Assembly: GCA_963662435.1 (NCBI GenBank)
Contig: OY759598.1
Location: 558,001-622,000, forward strand
DNA length: 64,000 nucleotides
Direction: 5' to 3'
DNA from: Dehalococcoidia bacterium
GTDB taxonomy: Bacteria > Chloroflexota > Dehalococcoidia > Lucifugimonadales > VXLM01
The notes under the pieces: model-generated
Told to the model about the DNA's origin: nothing
Seen by the model: only the letters and a program-made list of their open reading frames with translations
Database searches by the model: none
Translations under genes and position numbers: made by a program
Part shown: positions 1 through 10,061 of the stretch, in pieces
How the letters are laid out: each line of letters starts with the position of its first letter
How positions within the stretch are numbered: the stretch's first letter is position 1

Positions 1-14
1 AGTGGGAGAGGAAA

Positions 15-296
15 ATGTCTAATGGTAGTGGGTTGCCGGCTGCCACTCGAACGATCAAGGCCTCCGAGTTCAAAGCAAAGTGCCTAAAGCTCATGGACGA
101 AGTGGCGGAAAGCGGCGAAGAGATCGTCATAACCAAACACGGACGGCCTGTCTCGAAGCTTACGCCTTTCAGGGAAAAGCCTAAGAGCTTATTCGGCAGA
201 GGCAAAGGCATGATCGAGATTCATGGGAACATCGTGGAACCGATGCCGGCGGAGTGGTTTGAGGATGCCGACAATTCTGCCGAGAACCTGTTTTGA
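15..296 (+). CDS. Phd/YefM-family antitoxin
   Basis: IKASEFKAKCLKLMDEV...EEIVITKHGRPV is the Phd/YefM N-terminal signature; overlaps the downstream PIN toxin (TTGA). Confidence 0.9.
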   Translation: MSNGSGLPAATRTIKASEFKAKCLKLMDEVAESGEEIVITKHGRPVSKLTPFREKPKSLFGRGKGMIEIHGNIVEPMPAEWFEDADNSAENLF

Positions 297-691
297 TTCT
301 GCTCGACACTCACGTCGTCTTGTGGCAGGAACTGGACGACCGAAGACTGGGGCCGCAGACTCGGCGCACCATTGAAAAGGCCCTGCAGGAAAGCACGGCG
401 TCGGTCTCGGCCATATCCTTCTGGGAAGTCGGAATGCGAGCGCAGAAGGGCCAGATAGACTTAGGATTCGATTTACACGTTTGGCGACACAACCTGCTTG
501 AGGGAGGACTTGCCGAACTTGCGGTTGACGGTGACATTGCGGCCAGAGCCGGTCTGCTGTCGGACATGCACGGAGACCCGGCGGACCGGATAATAGTTGC
601 AACCGCCCTAGTGGGGCACCAATTGGTAACGGCCGACCGGCGAATATTGAAATGGCCGGGACACCTGAGCAGGTTGGATGCCACCGAGTAG
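293..691 (+). CDS. vapC: VapC/PIN-domain toxin
   Basis: ILLDTHV N-terminus, SAISFWE, HGDPADRIIVATA and LVTAD PIN motifs. Confidence 0.9.
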   Translation: MILLDTHVVLWQELDDRRLGPQTRRTIEKALQESTASVSAISFWEVGMRAQKGQIDLGFDLHVWRHNLLEGGLAELAVDGDIAARAGLLSDMHGDPADRIIVATALVGHQLVTADRRILKWPGHLSRLDATE

Positions 692-753
692 AGACTGACG
701 ACCACAAGAGTCGCCCCCGGTTCTCCACCTGCCCTCCTGGGGCGGGCGTTTCC

Positions 754-1728
754 CTAATACCCCAACGTCTTGTCGCAGACGTACAGGAACGGCTCGCCTG
801 CCAGGTATCGGCGCATGTTCTCCTTGAAGACGTTGCGGCGTCCTATGTAGAGGCCGGGTGTGAAGGCCGAGGCGTGAGGTGACAGAACAACGTTCGGGTT
901 GTCCCAAAGTGGGTTTTCGGGGACAGGCGGCTCAGGGTCGAATGCATCGACTCCGGCGCCGGCAAGGTGACCTGACTCTATGGCCTCTCCTAGGGCGAAT
1001 TCGTCGACTATTCCGCCTCGGGATATGATGATCATATGGGAGCCTGGCTTCATCTTCTGAAGCTGCTCCTTGCCAATCATGCTTCGCGTTTCCTCGGTGA
1101 TCGGCGCGGTCACGACAAGCCAGTCTGAGATTGCAAGGAGATCGTCCAGCCTGTCGAGACTCCATACCTCCTTGGCGTATTCGGAGGGTCGTGGAAACTT
1201 GTCAACGGCGTAGACGTCCATGCTGAAGCCCTGCGCGCGCTTTGCGACCGCCCGTCCGATATTGCCCATTGCCAGGATGCCAAGTGTGGAGCCTTCGAGG
1301 TCCAGCTGCTTCCAGCCATAGTCGTACATGCGCCAGTTCTTCGCCTTCTGGTCGTCCCACATCCAGTGGAGCTTGTGGGCCAGTACGATGATAAAGCCAA
1401 ATACGTGGTCGGCCATAGGGGCGACGTGCGGCTCGCGGGCGTTCGTGATCGGTATGTCGCTCGCGACCAACTCCGGTATCGCCATGTGCTGATCGATGCC
1501 GGTACCGGGACAGTGAATCCACTTGAGGTCCTTGCCAGCGAGAAAAACGTCTCTCGACGGCCAGCCGTAATACACCTCTGCATCGACGACCTCTCGGATC
1601 TGGTCTGCCTCTCCTGAGACTTCGACGAATTGTACGTCCGGGAATGTGGCCTGCATCTCCTTGAAAAACACGTCCGGCGCTTCCCCTGGTCCAACTCCCG
1701 ACGGCATGGGTTCCATAACGACTTTCAT
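754..1728 (-). CDS. D-2-hydroxyacid dehydrogenase (NAD-binding)
   Basis: GNIGRAVAKRA Rossmann region, IISRGGIVDE, GAGVDAFDPEP, NVVLSPH motifs; GGAG RBS upstream. Confidence 0.9.
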   Translation of the reverse strand: MKVVMEPMPSGVGPGEAPDVFFKEMQATFPDVQFVEVSGEADQIREVVDAEVYYGWPSRDVFLAGKDLKWIHCPGTGIDQHMAIPELVASDIPITNAREPHVAPMADHVFGFIIVLAHKLHWMWDDQKAKNWRMYDYGWKQLDLEGSTLGILAMGNIGRAVAKRAQGFSMDVYAVDKFPRPSEYAKEVWSLDRLDDLLAISDWLVVTAPITEETRSMIGKEQLQKMKPGSHMIIISRGGIVDEFALGEAIESGHLAGAGVDAFDPEPPVPENPLWDNPNVVLSPHASAFTPGLYIGRRNVFKENMRRYLAGEPFLYVCDKTLGY

Positions 1729-1857
1729 CTAATCGATGCTCCTCCGGTGATGTGGCGTGAGTGTACCACGTGGAAGCGTTTAGTTGGTCTCACTACAGAG
1801 GGCGCGGAGATCACAGGGGATGGGAGAAGATGGCGGAGGAACGGAAGGAGTGGGAGG

Positions 1858-3018
1858 TTAGGTGACCAGGGTGTCGGTGGAGGGTCGGGCTTGGCCTAGC
1901 TCTTCCAGCGCCAAGTTCACTTCGTTCCTCACTTCGTCGTTTGATTCAGTGTAAAGGGCGGCGAGCAGTGCGTTCTCGGCCTCAGAGCCTCCAATCCTGC
2001 CCAGTGCCCATGCCGCGTGTCCTCGTACGATCGGCTCACCATCCCTCAAAGTCACTCCAAGCGCTGGCACTGCCACGGGGTCGCCGATGTTACCGAGCGC
2101 GACGCAGACGTTCCTTTGCAGTCCCGCCCGCTTGGCCCGCTTGACGGGGCTGCCGCGAAAGCGTTCACGGAATGCCTCGTCGTCAAGCTCCAGGAGCGGC
2201 AGGAGGGAGGGCGCGTCGAAATCGTGTCGTTTGCGGAAGGCAGGCTCCAGGGAGGTCTCCGCCTTCCTGTTGACAGGGCAAACGTCCTGGCAGATGTCGC
2301 ATCCGAAAACCCAGTCGCCAACGAGAGGACGGAGGTCCCTCGGTATCGAGCCGCGCAGCTCGATGGTCAGGTAGGAGATGCACCTTCGATTGTCAATGAC
2401 GTACGGTGCGACGATGGCGTCAGTGGGACAGTCAATGATGCAGAGGACGCACTCGCCGCAGTTCTTCTTGAGCGGCGCGTCGGGCACGAGGTCGAGGTCG
2501 GTGATGACCTGACCCAGTAGCACCCACGAACCGTGAGAGGGAGTAAGGATGTTGCTGTTCTTGCCGAACCAGCCGACACCCGCGCGCTCGGCCGCTGCAC
2601 GGTCGTTCATCGGGCCATCGTCGACGAAGATACGCGTCTTCACCGGTCGCCCTGCGATATCGGGTAGGGCGGAGACGAATTCTCGAAGCCGCTTCTTCAT
2701 CACGTCGTGGTAGTCGTCGCCCCACGCATAACGCCCGATTTTTCCGTGTGGACCCTGCCCCTGCGGCTCGGCCTCGCCGTAGTTGTAGCTCATCGCCAGC
2801 GATATGACCGAACTCGCTTCCTCCAGCAGCTTGCGTGGGCTGTTTGCCTTGCGGACGCGCTCGGCGGTGTACCACGGCAGCCCATCCATCAGGCCGTCGT
2901 TGACCCTCTCAAGTGCCGCCTTCTCGTCACGAGCGAAGTCCTCGGCGGTCGTGACCCCGACGATGTCGAAGCCGAGGGACTTGCCGAGTGCCTTTACTTT
3001 CGTCGTTGAGGTAGACAT
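1858..3018 (-). CDS. queG: tRNA epoxyqueuosine(34) reductase QueG with C-terminal HEAT repeats
   Basis: GRYAWGDDYH, GVGWFGKN, CGECVLCIIDCPT, RRCISYLTIE and FGCDICQDVCP 4Fe-4S motifs; start taken at ATG 3018. Confidence 0.93.
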   Translation of the reverse strand: MSTSTTKVKALGKSLGFDIVGVTTAEDFARDEKAALERVNDGLMDGLPWYTAERVRKANSPRKLLEEASSVISLAMSYNYGEAEPQGQGPHGKIGRYAWGDDYHDVMKKRLREFVSALPDIAGRPVKTRIFVDDGPMNDRAAAERAGVGWFGKNSNILTPSHGSWVLLGQVITDLDLVPDAPLKKNCGECVLCIIDCPTDAIVAPYVIDNRRCISYLTIELRGSIPRDLRPLVGDWVFGCDICQDVCPVNRKAETSLEPAFRKRHDFDAPSLLPLLELDDEAFRERFRGSPVKRAKRAGLQRNVCVALGNIGDPVAVPALGVTLRDGEPIVRGHAAWALGRIGGSEAENALLAALYTESNDEVRNEVNLALEELGQARPSTDTLVT

Positions 3019-3191
3019 GGAGACTATAGTGCCCATTATCGCAAAGCAGGCAAGTCCTGGCTACGGATCGACGAATTCTTGGCGGGAAATCCATCCCAGC
3101 ATTGGTCGCGAGTCATCTCCCCTATGCTATAATGCGGGCGCCTTCGGAAGTCGCATCCGCGCGCCTCAGACTCTGACGAGAGAGGGATTCG

Positions 3192-4286
3192 TTGCAGAAC
3201 AACTCGCACTCCTCGACGAAGAATTCTGTAACCGTTACCAAGCAACGAAACGGAGGCCACGAGGAGACCCACAATCTCTACGATGAGATGAAGATTTTCA
3301 CGGGCAACGCCCATCCTCAACTCGCCCGGGATATCGCCACGTACCTCGGCACAAGTATGGGCGAGTGCGAAGTCTTCAAGTTCAGCAATGACAACACGTT
3401 CGTCAAGTTCCTGGAAAACATCCGGCAGAAGGACGTGTTCCTCATCCAGCCGATCTCCGCGCCGGTGGACGAACACTGGATGGAACTCTGGATCATGATC
3501 GATGCGGCACGCCGGGCGTCTGCCGGGCGGATCACCGTGGTCATTCCATACTATGCCTACGGACGGACCGACAAGAAGGACCAGCCCCGGGTTGCCATCA
3601 CTGCCCGGCTCCTGGCCGACTTCACCACGGTTGCGGGAGCCGATCGCGTCCTGACCATCGACCTCCACGCCGGGCAGATACAGGGATTCTTCAACATACC
3701 TCTGGACGAACTCTCAGCGATTCGGATGCTCGCAAAGCGCTTCAGGGAAAAGGAACTCGACAACGTGGTCGTGACCGCCACCGACCCCGGCAGTGCAAAG
3801 CGTGCCAGGGAAGTGGCCAATGTCCTAGACGCACCGATCGCTTTGATCGACAAGGAGCGTCAGGGCAACGACGAGAAGGCCGAGGCGATCAACCTCGTTG
3901 GAGAGGTCCGTGGCAAGACCGCTCTAATCATCGACGACGAGATTGGCACCGGAGGAACGGTCGTTGAGGCATTCAAGGTCCTCAAGGCCCACGGTGCCAC
4001 CAGTGTCCTGTGCGGGGCAACGCATGCCGTGTTTGCGGGCAACGCCCACGAGCGCCTCGCGGACAGTGGAATCACGGAGTTCGTCGTTACCGACACGCTG
4101 CCGATTCCGGAAGAGAAACGGTTCCCCGGCCTGGAGATAATCTCCGTCGCTCCTCTCCTTGGAGAAGCAATAAGCCGCATCCACCAGGGCGACTCGATTG
4201 GTGCGATGTTCGACCAGGACTTTGACCTCACCGTCGATCGGCGTGTAACGACGGTCCCGGCTGCCGTCAAACAGCCCCTCTTTTAG
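3192..4286 (+). CDS. prs: ribose-phosphate pyrophosphokinase
   Basis: IFTGNAHP, PYYAYGRTDKK, DLHAGQIQGFF and IIDDEIGTGGT PRPP motifs; start uncertain (TTG 3192 or ATG 3288). Confidence 0.95.
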   Translation: MQNNSHSSTKNSVTVTKQRNGGHEETHNLYDEMKIFTGNAHPQLARDIATYLGTSMGECEVFKFSNDNTFVKFLENIRQKDVFLIQPISAPVDEHWMELWIMIDAARRASAGRITVVIPYYAYGRTDKKDQPRVAITARLLADFTTVAGADRVLTIDLHAGQIQGFFNIPLDELSAIRMLAKRFREKELDNVVVTATDPGSAKRAREVANVLDAPIALIDKERQGNDEKAEAINLVGEVRGKTALIIDDEIGTGGTVVEAFKVLKAHGATSVLCGATHAVFAGNAHERLADSGITEFVVTDTLPIPEEKRFPGLEIISVAPLLGEAISRIHQGDSIGAMFDQDFDLTVDRRVTTVPAAVKQPLF

Positions 4287-4615
4287 CGACGCTTTCGCTC
4301 TATTCCTGCCTGCTCGACTAAGCGTTGAGAGGTAGGGGCCAATTGCCCCGGTCCACTCTGTCTACCGCGACTCCTCCCCAATTTTGACAAGCAAGAACGC
4401 ATGTCCTATCATCGAATCCAAGCGGCCTGACGCCGTTTAACTCAAGACACAGGAGAAAGTCCCAAAATGTCCCAGAATGTCCCACATCTTTGGAAATTAG
4501 GTCGGGCGCTTGCACCTTAGCTCCCGTGCCGAAGGATGACCGGCAACTTCATCACCCGTCATGGGCTGACAGGGGTATGAAAAACGGAATTGCACCTATA
4601 AAGCCGGCTCCTTCC

Positions 4616-4791
4616 TGTCATTCCGAGCGCAGCGAGGAATCTAAAATCTATAACCGCAAGAACAGGTAGCTAGTCCCAGGCTTCTATCGTGACCAAGAGA
4701 GATAACAGTGTGAGAATTCTGAATATCAGCTTTACGTTGTAACAGACACTTTAGATTCTTCGACTCCGCTCCGCTGCGCTCAGAAAGACAG
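4616..4791. repeat. inverted pair of REP-like palindromic elements (REPIN-like)
   Basis: TGTCATTCCGAGCGCAGCGAGGAATCTAAA (4616-4645) faces TTTAGATTCTTCG...GCTGCGCTCAGAAAGACAG (4750-4791). Confidence 0.6.
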
Positions 4792-4941
4792 TGCGGGGTT
4801 GCGTTCTGGTGAATGAAGACTCCCTCTCCCGTCGTGGGAGTAGGATGGGGTGAGGCTGATACCCCCACGTAGGGAAAGCAGTCCTTTGAAAGCCGGTCGA
4901 AGGGCGTTCCCTTCAGGCACAGGCACTCCTACGTTTGATAA

Positions 4942-5616
4942 TCAGTCTTCCACGACTGCGTTGAAGGCAACCGGGCAAACGACGAGGAATATCGCGTCGA
5001 ACGCTGCCAGCACCGCAAGCCACTCGGTATCTGAGAACATGCCTTCTCCAGCGAGAACGCTGCCGCTAATCTCCACCGCGGCGATGACGGCAGGCAGCGC
5101 CACGGGAAGGAACAAAAGGGGGAGCATCACCTCTCTTGCTCGTGTGTTTACGGCCATGGATGAAAATACGGAACCCACCGTGACGATTCCCAGCGTGGCC
5201 AGGAGGGCGACCGGCAGCAGTTCGGCGACCTCTAGCGAGAAATTGAACAGCATGGCAAAGACGGGCAGGGTGATCAACTCGACAACGAGCATGAATATCA
5301 GATTGGAGAGCGTCTTGCCGAAGAAAATGACCTCTCGACTGACGGGCGCGACCATGAGTGCGTGAATGTTCCCGTTGTCCTTTTCCAGGGCGAAAGAGCG
5401 ATTGAGCCCCAGCACGCCGCCGAATACGAAGGCGATCCAGAGGATGCCCGGAGCAACGAGACCGATGGTGCGTGGCGTCGGGTCGATGGCGAAGTTGAAA
5501 ACGACGATTACCAGGAGCGAGAAGGCAAGGACGGCAACTATGATGTCCTTCGTTCTCGTTTCGAGGACTATGTCCTTCCATGCGATTGCGAGTATGGGCG
5601 TAACGTACCGGGTCAT
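4942..5616 (-). CDS. ccmB: heme exporter protein CcmB
   Basis: IAWKD, PGILWIAF, LNRSFALEKDNG and LPLLFLPVALPAVI; ATGA overlap with the ccmA stop. Confidence 0.9.
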   Translation of the reverse strand: MTRYVTPILAIAWKDIVLETRTKDIIVAVLAFSLLVIVVFNFAIDPTPRTIGLVAPGILWIAFVFGGVLGLNRSFALEKDNGNIHALMVAPVSREVIFFGKTLSNLIFMLVVELITLPVFAMLFNFSLEVAELLPVALLATLGIVTVGSVFSSMAVNTRAREVMLPLLFLPVALPAVIAAVEISGSVLAGEGMFSDTEWLAVLAAFDAIFLVVCPVAFNAVVED

Positions 5617-6338
5617 TTGATGAGTTGCCCGTAGGTCTTTCGGAGAGAGTCGGCGTCGACCACCTTGGATGTTGACTCCCGGTACACCATGCGGCCCTTG
5701 CACAGGATGGCCACCTCATCACTGAACTCCAGACCCCGCTCGAAGTTGTGTGTGGTCAGGACGACGGTGCGACGTAACTCCGACTCGTCCATGAGTAGAC
5801 CGCCGAGCCGGGCGAGGGCCTGTTCGTCCAGTCCACTCTCCGGCTCGTCCATGAGAAGGATGGGTGGGTCGTGAAGGAGTGCCCGGGCCAGGGAGAAGCG
5901 CTTCTTCCACCCGTGCGAAAGTGTGCCGACGCGCTGGTCGAGGCGCGATGAGACGTCGAGCTTGTCGGCCACGGCCTCGATTCGCTCTCCAGGGTTCTCG
6001 ATGCCAAACATGCGGGCGGCGAATCGAAGGTTTTCACGTGCGGTGAGGTCATCGTAGAGCAGCGGATCGTGGGTGAGCACGCCGATAAGGCGTCTGGCAT
6101 GTGAACCGTCACGCCGAGGGTCGAGACCCGCGATGCCGATCGTCCCTGTGTCCGGCTTCGACAGGGTCGCGAGTACATTTATGAGCGTAGTCTTGCCCGA
6201 CCCGTTTGGGCCGAAGATGGTGAGGACCTCTCCCCATTGGACTCGCAGGTCGAGCTTGTTAAGAGCGATGGAGCGGCCGTAGGCCTTGGTCACGCCTTGC
6301 ATGTCGATGGCCGGTCCCGAGGGGATGGCGTCAGTCAT
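5613..6338 (-). CDS. ccmA: heme ABC exporter ATP-binding protein CcmA
   Basis: Walker A GPNGSGKTT, signature LSHGWKKR, Walker B LLMDEP; adjacent to ccmB. Confidence 0.85.
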   Translation of the reverse strand: MTDAIPSGPAIDMQGVTKAYGRSIALNKLDLRVQWGEVLTIFGPNGSGKTTLINVLATLSKPDTGTIGIAGLDPRRDGSHARRLIGVLTHDPLLYDDLTARENLRFAARMFGIENPGERIEAVADKLDVSSRLDQRVGTLSHGWKKRFSLARALLHDPPILLMDEPESGLDEQALARLGGLLMDESELRRTVVLTTHNFERGLEFSDEVAILCKGRMVYRESTSKVVDADSLRKTYGQLIK

Positions 6339-6358
6339 GGGTTACCGCGGAGAGCACG

Positions 6359-9001
6359 CTAGCGTCTCTTGTTGGCCTTCTTTTCCATGCGTTGCATGGC
6401 GCGGCGCTCGGCGCGAGAGAGCTTGCGCCCGTTGGAGTCCGCGTCTCCGCCGGAGGATGCGGCAGCTGGAGCGGTAGCTGTCTTAGGGGGCACCCCCCCG
6501 CCCGAAGGGCCGTTTCGACGAGAGCGTCCGCGCTGAGGAGGAGGACCGGCGTCCTGCACCCGGAAGATCATTCGCGCCACGTCGGACTGGATGCGCTCGG
6601 TCAACGTCTGGAACTGCTCGAATCCCTTCGTTTTATACATCACGAGTGGGTCGCGCTGTCCGTATGAGTAAAGACCGATCCCCTGCCGCAGGTTCTCCAT
6701 GCTCGTCAGGTGCTGCACCCAGTGGGAGTCGATGACGCGCAGCATGATGGCGCGCTCGACGTTGCGCATTACCTCGGGGGTGAATAACTCTTCCATCCGG
6801 TCGTACTGTCGGTTCGCGTGAGCGAGCACTTCGTCGTAAATGGCGTCTGCTGACATGTCGAATACGGCGTCGGGATCGGATAGCTTTTCGTCGAGTGGCA
6901 TAACGGTGCTCAGCTCGGCGATGAGACCTTCGACGTCCCAATCATCGGAACGTCCGCCCTGCAGAAATCCGTCGAGAATAGCGACTAACTCCTGTTCAAG
7001 CATCTCCTGTACGTTGTCACGGATATTCGAACCGGCCAGCACCCTGTCGCGCTGCTCGTAGATCACCTCCCGGTGGGTATTGACCACGTCGTCGTACTCT
7101 ACGAGGTGCTTGCGGATATCGAAGTGATGTGCCTCAACCTTTACCTGCGAGCCCTGGATGGCCTTGGTGACCATCTTGTTCTCTAACGGGGCATCATCCT
7201 CCAACCCGGCCCAGCCCATGACGGTCTGGATTCGATCACCGCCGAAGCGCCGCATTAGGTCATCGTCCAGGGCCACATAAAATCGCGACTCTCCAGGGTC
7301 CCCTTGGCGCCCGGCACGGCCCCGAAGCTGATTGTCGATTCGGCGCGCCTCGTGCTTCTCCGAGCCAAGGATGAAGAGTCCTCCCGCATCCAGAACGGTC
7401 TGATGGTCGCGTTCCCATTCCTCCTGTGAAAGATCGTCGACGAATTCAGGGTTTCCGCCCAGCACGATGTCCGTGCCGCGACCTGCCATGTTGGTAGCGA
7501 CGGTGACGGCGCCCGGACGTCCCGCCTCGGCGACGACGAGAGCCTCGCGCTCGTGCTGCTTGGCGTTGAGGACGGAGTGCTTGATCTTCCGCCGATTGAG
7601 CATCTGACTGATGATCTCCGACTTGGAGATGTCCGTAGTGCCGACGAGGACGGGCTGACTGCGATCGTGCCGTGATTCAATCTCGTCGATTATGGCCTTG
7701 TACTTGGCCTTTTGATCCTTGTAGACGAAGTCGGGCTGGTCCTCACGGACCATGGGCACGTTGGTGGGGATTTCAACGACGTCCAGATTGTAGATCTTCC
7801 AGAATTCCTCGGCCTCTGTGACGGCGGTACCGGTCATGCCCGCAAGCTTCTCGTAGAGACGGAAGTAATTCTGGAGTGTGATCGTGGCGTAGGTCACTGA
7901 CTCCCGCTGGATGGGGACGCCTTCCTTCGCCTCGAGGGCCTGGTGCAGGCCGTCGGCGAAGCGTCGTCCCGGCGTCATACGTCCGGTGAACTCATCGACG
8001 ATGATCACCTCGCGGTCCTTAACGACGTATTCGCGGTCGCGCTCGTAGACTGCATGGGCCTTGAGGGCATTCTCCGCGAAGTGGACGAGCCGAAAATTCT
8101 CTGGCGCGTACATGTTCTTGACGCGAAGCATCTTCTCCAGCTTCGTCATGCCCTCCGGTGTGAGCGAGACTGAGCGCAGCTTTTCGTCGACGGTGTAGTC
8201 GACTCCCTTTTGCAGGGTTGAGACGAGGCGCGAGAACCGCTGGTAGTCCTTGGCCGACTCCTCAGCGGGCCCGCTGATGATGAGGGGAGTCCGGGCCTCG
8301 TCGATGAGGATGTTGTCCACCTCGTCGACAATAGCGTAGTGACGCTCCCGCTGCACGCGAAGGGAATCGTCCCCGGCCATGGCGTCGCGCAGGTAGTCGA
8401 AACCAAACTCGCTGTTGGTGCCGTAAGTAATGTCAGCCTGGTACGCCTCTTGCCTCGTGATAGGCCGTAGGTTCTCGAACCCCTTCTTTGTACCTTCGAC
8501 CGTGGGGTCGTAGAGATAGGCGGACTGGTGTTGGAGGGATGCCACCGAAACGCCGAGCGCGTGGTAAATGCCGCCCATCCACTGTGCGTCACGTTTGGCG
8601 AGGTAGTCATTGACAGTCACGACGTGTACGCCGCGACCGGTGAGGGAATTGAGGTAGGAAGGCAGAGTGGCCACGAGCGTCTTGCCCTCGCCCGTCTTCA
8701 TCTCAGCGATCTTGCCCTCGTGGAGGACGACGCCACCCATAATCTGGACGTCGAAATGGCGCAATCCAATTGACCGCTTGGAGGCCTCACGCACGACGGC
8801 AAATGCCTCGGACCGAATGTCGTCGAGGTCCTCGCCCTCGGCCAGTAGGGTCCTGAATTCTTCGGTCTTGGCCTGCAGTTCTTCGTCGGAGAGCCTTTCG
8901 AGCTCGGTCTCCCACGATGCGACGGACTCAACGTCCGGCTGGAGCCGCTTAAGGACCCTGTCGCCGCCGCCGATAATGAGGTTTGTCACGGACTTGAGCA
9001 T
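6359..9001 (-). CDS. secA: preprotein translocase subunit SecA
   Basis: EMKTGEGKTL, VTVNDYLA, IVDEVDNILIDEARTPLIISG, ATNMAGRGTDI, RIDNQLRGRAGRQGDPG; ATG 9001 preceded by GGAAGG. Confidence 0.98.
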   Translation of the reverse strand: MLKSVTNLIIGGGDRVLKRLQPDVESVASWETELERLSDEELQAKTEEFRTLLAEGEDLDDIRSEAFAVVREASKRSIGLRHFDVQIMGGVVLHEGKIAEMKTGEGKTLVATLPSYLNSLTGRGVHVVTVNDYLAKRDAQWMGGIYHALGVSVASLQHQSAYLYDPTVEGTKKGFENLRPITRQEAYQADITYGTNSEFGFDYLRDAMAGDDSLRVQRERHYAIVDEVDNILIDEARTPLIISGPAEESAKDYQRFSRLVSTLQKGVDYTVDEKLRSVSLTPEGMTKLEKMLRVKNMYAPENFRLVHFAENALKAHAVYERDREYVVKDREVIIVDEFTGRMTPGRRFADGLHQALEAKEGVPIQRESVTYATITLQNYFRLYEKLAGMTGTAVTEAEEFWKIYNLDVVEIPTNVPMVREDQPDFVYKDQKAKYKAIIDEIESRHDRSQPVLVGTTDISKSEIISQMLNRRKIKHSVLNAKQHEREALVVAEAGRPGAVTVATNMAGRGTDIVLGGNPEFVDDLSQEEWERDHQTVLDAGGLFILGSEKHEARRIDNQLRGRAGRQGDPGESRFYVALDDDLMRRFGGDRIQTVMGWAGLEDDAPLENKMVTKAIQGSQVKVEAHHFDIRKHLVEYDDVVNTHREVIYEQRDRVLAGSNIRDNVQEMLEQELVAILDGFLQGGRSDDWDVEGLIAELSTVMPLDEKLSDPDAVFDMSADAIYDEVLAHANRQYDRMEELFTPEVMRNVERAIMLRVIDSHWVQHLTSMENLRQGIGLYSYGQRDPLVMYKTKGFEQFQTLTERIQSDVARMIFRVQDAGPPPQRGRSRRNGPSGGGVPPKTATAPAAASSGGDADSNGRKLSRAERRAMQRMEKKANKRR

Positions 9002-9187
9002 ATGCCCATCCTTCCGAAGGCCCGGCCTCAACTCGGGCCTTCACTACTATATTATAACGGACGTGGCGGTAGCCATATCGAACGGTGCATGGAAAACCCT
9101 CTAACCCCTACCTCAGCGTCCAATGGCCTATCCGTTAAACGGCTACAATGACTCAAGGCAAGAAACCAAGCCGATTGAAGCGTCTCC

Positions 9188-10027
9188 GTGATTATTGACT
9201 TCCATACCCATGTCTATCCTCCCTGGCTCCGACCCCGGCGCGAGGAATTCCTCAAGAGGGACGCCACGTTCGGCGAGCTGTTCGCCAGCCCAAAGGCGCG
9301 AATGGCGACAGCGGAACGACTCATCCGCCGAATGGACGAGGACGGTGTGGATGTCTCAGTAGTCATGGGCATCGGATGGACGGACATCGACCTGGCTCGC
9401 GCGGCGAACGACTACCTGGTAGACGCCGTGACTAAGCACCCCGACCGTCTCGTGGGACTGGCGTGCGTCAACCCCGGGTGGGGCACTGCGGCGGTGCAAG
9501 AAGTACGTCGCTGCGTCGATTCGGGTCTGCGAGGCATCGGTGAGCTGCATCCCCACACCCAGGGATACGATCTCGGTGACCAGGAGACCATGGCCCCGCT
9601 CATGGAAATCGCCAGTGAACATGGTCTGATAGTCACGACGCACTCATCAGAACCTGTAGGCCACGATTACCCTGGTAAGGGAACGACGTACCCGGAGGTC
9701 CTCTGGCAGTTCATTCGAAACTTTTCCGATGTCTCGATTGTCTGCGCCCATTGGGGAGGCGGCCTGCCCCTATATGGCCTGGTGCCGGAGGTTAAGGACG
9801 GATTGAGTCACACCTACTTCGACTCCGCGGCGACGACGCTCCTCTACGACGCGCGGGTATTCGAGACCGTTGCTTCTATCGTCGGGGCCGAACGCATCCT
9901 GATGGGAAGCGACTACCCTCTCGTCCGGGCCCGCAAAGTCATCGGGCAGGTGGAGTCGTCGGCGCTGTCCCAGTCCGAAAAGGACCAGATAGTCGGGGGG
10001 AACGCCAAGATACTGCTGGGTATCTGA
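9188..10027 (+). CDS. amidohydrolase_2-family metal-dependent hydrolase
   Basis: IIDFHTH, GIGELHP, CAHWGGG and LMGSDYP motifs. Confidence 0.88.
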   Translation: MIIDFHTHVYPPWLRPRREEFLKRDATFGELFASPKARMATAERLIRRMDEDGVDVSVVMGIGWTDIDLARAANDYLVDAVTKHPDRLVGLACVNPGWGTAAVQEVRRCVDSGLRGIGELHPHTQGYDLGDQETMAPLMEIASEHGLIVTTHSSEPVGHDYPGKGTTYPEVLWQFIRNFSDVSIVCAHWGGGLPLYGLVPEVKDGLSHTYFDSAATTLLYDARVFETVASIVGAERILMGSDYPLVRARKVIGQVESSALSQSEKDQIVGGNAKILLGI

Positions 10028-10061
10028 CGCAGGAGTGTAGTGCTCTTCAACTCACCCGCTA

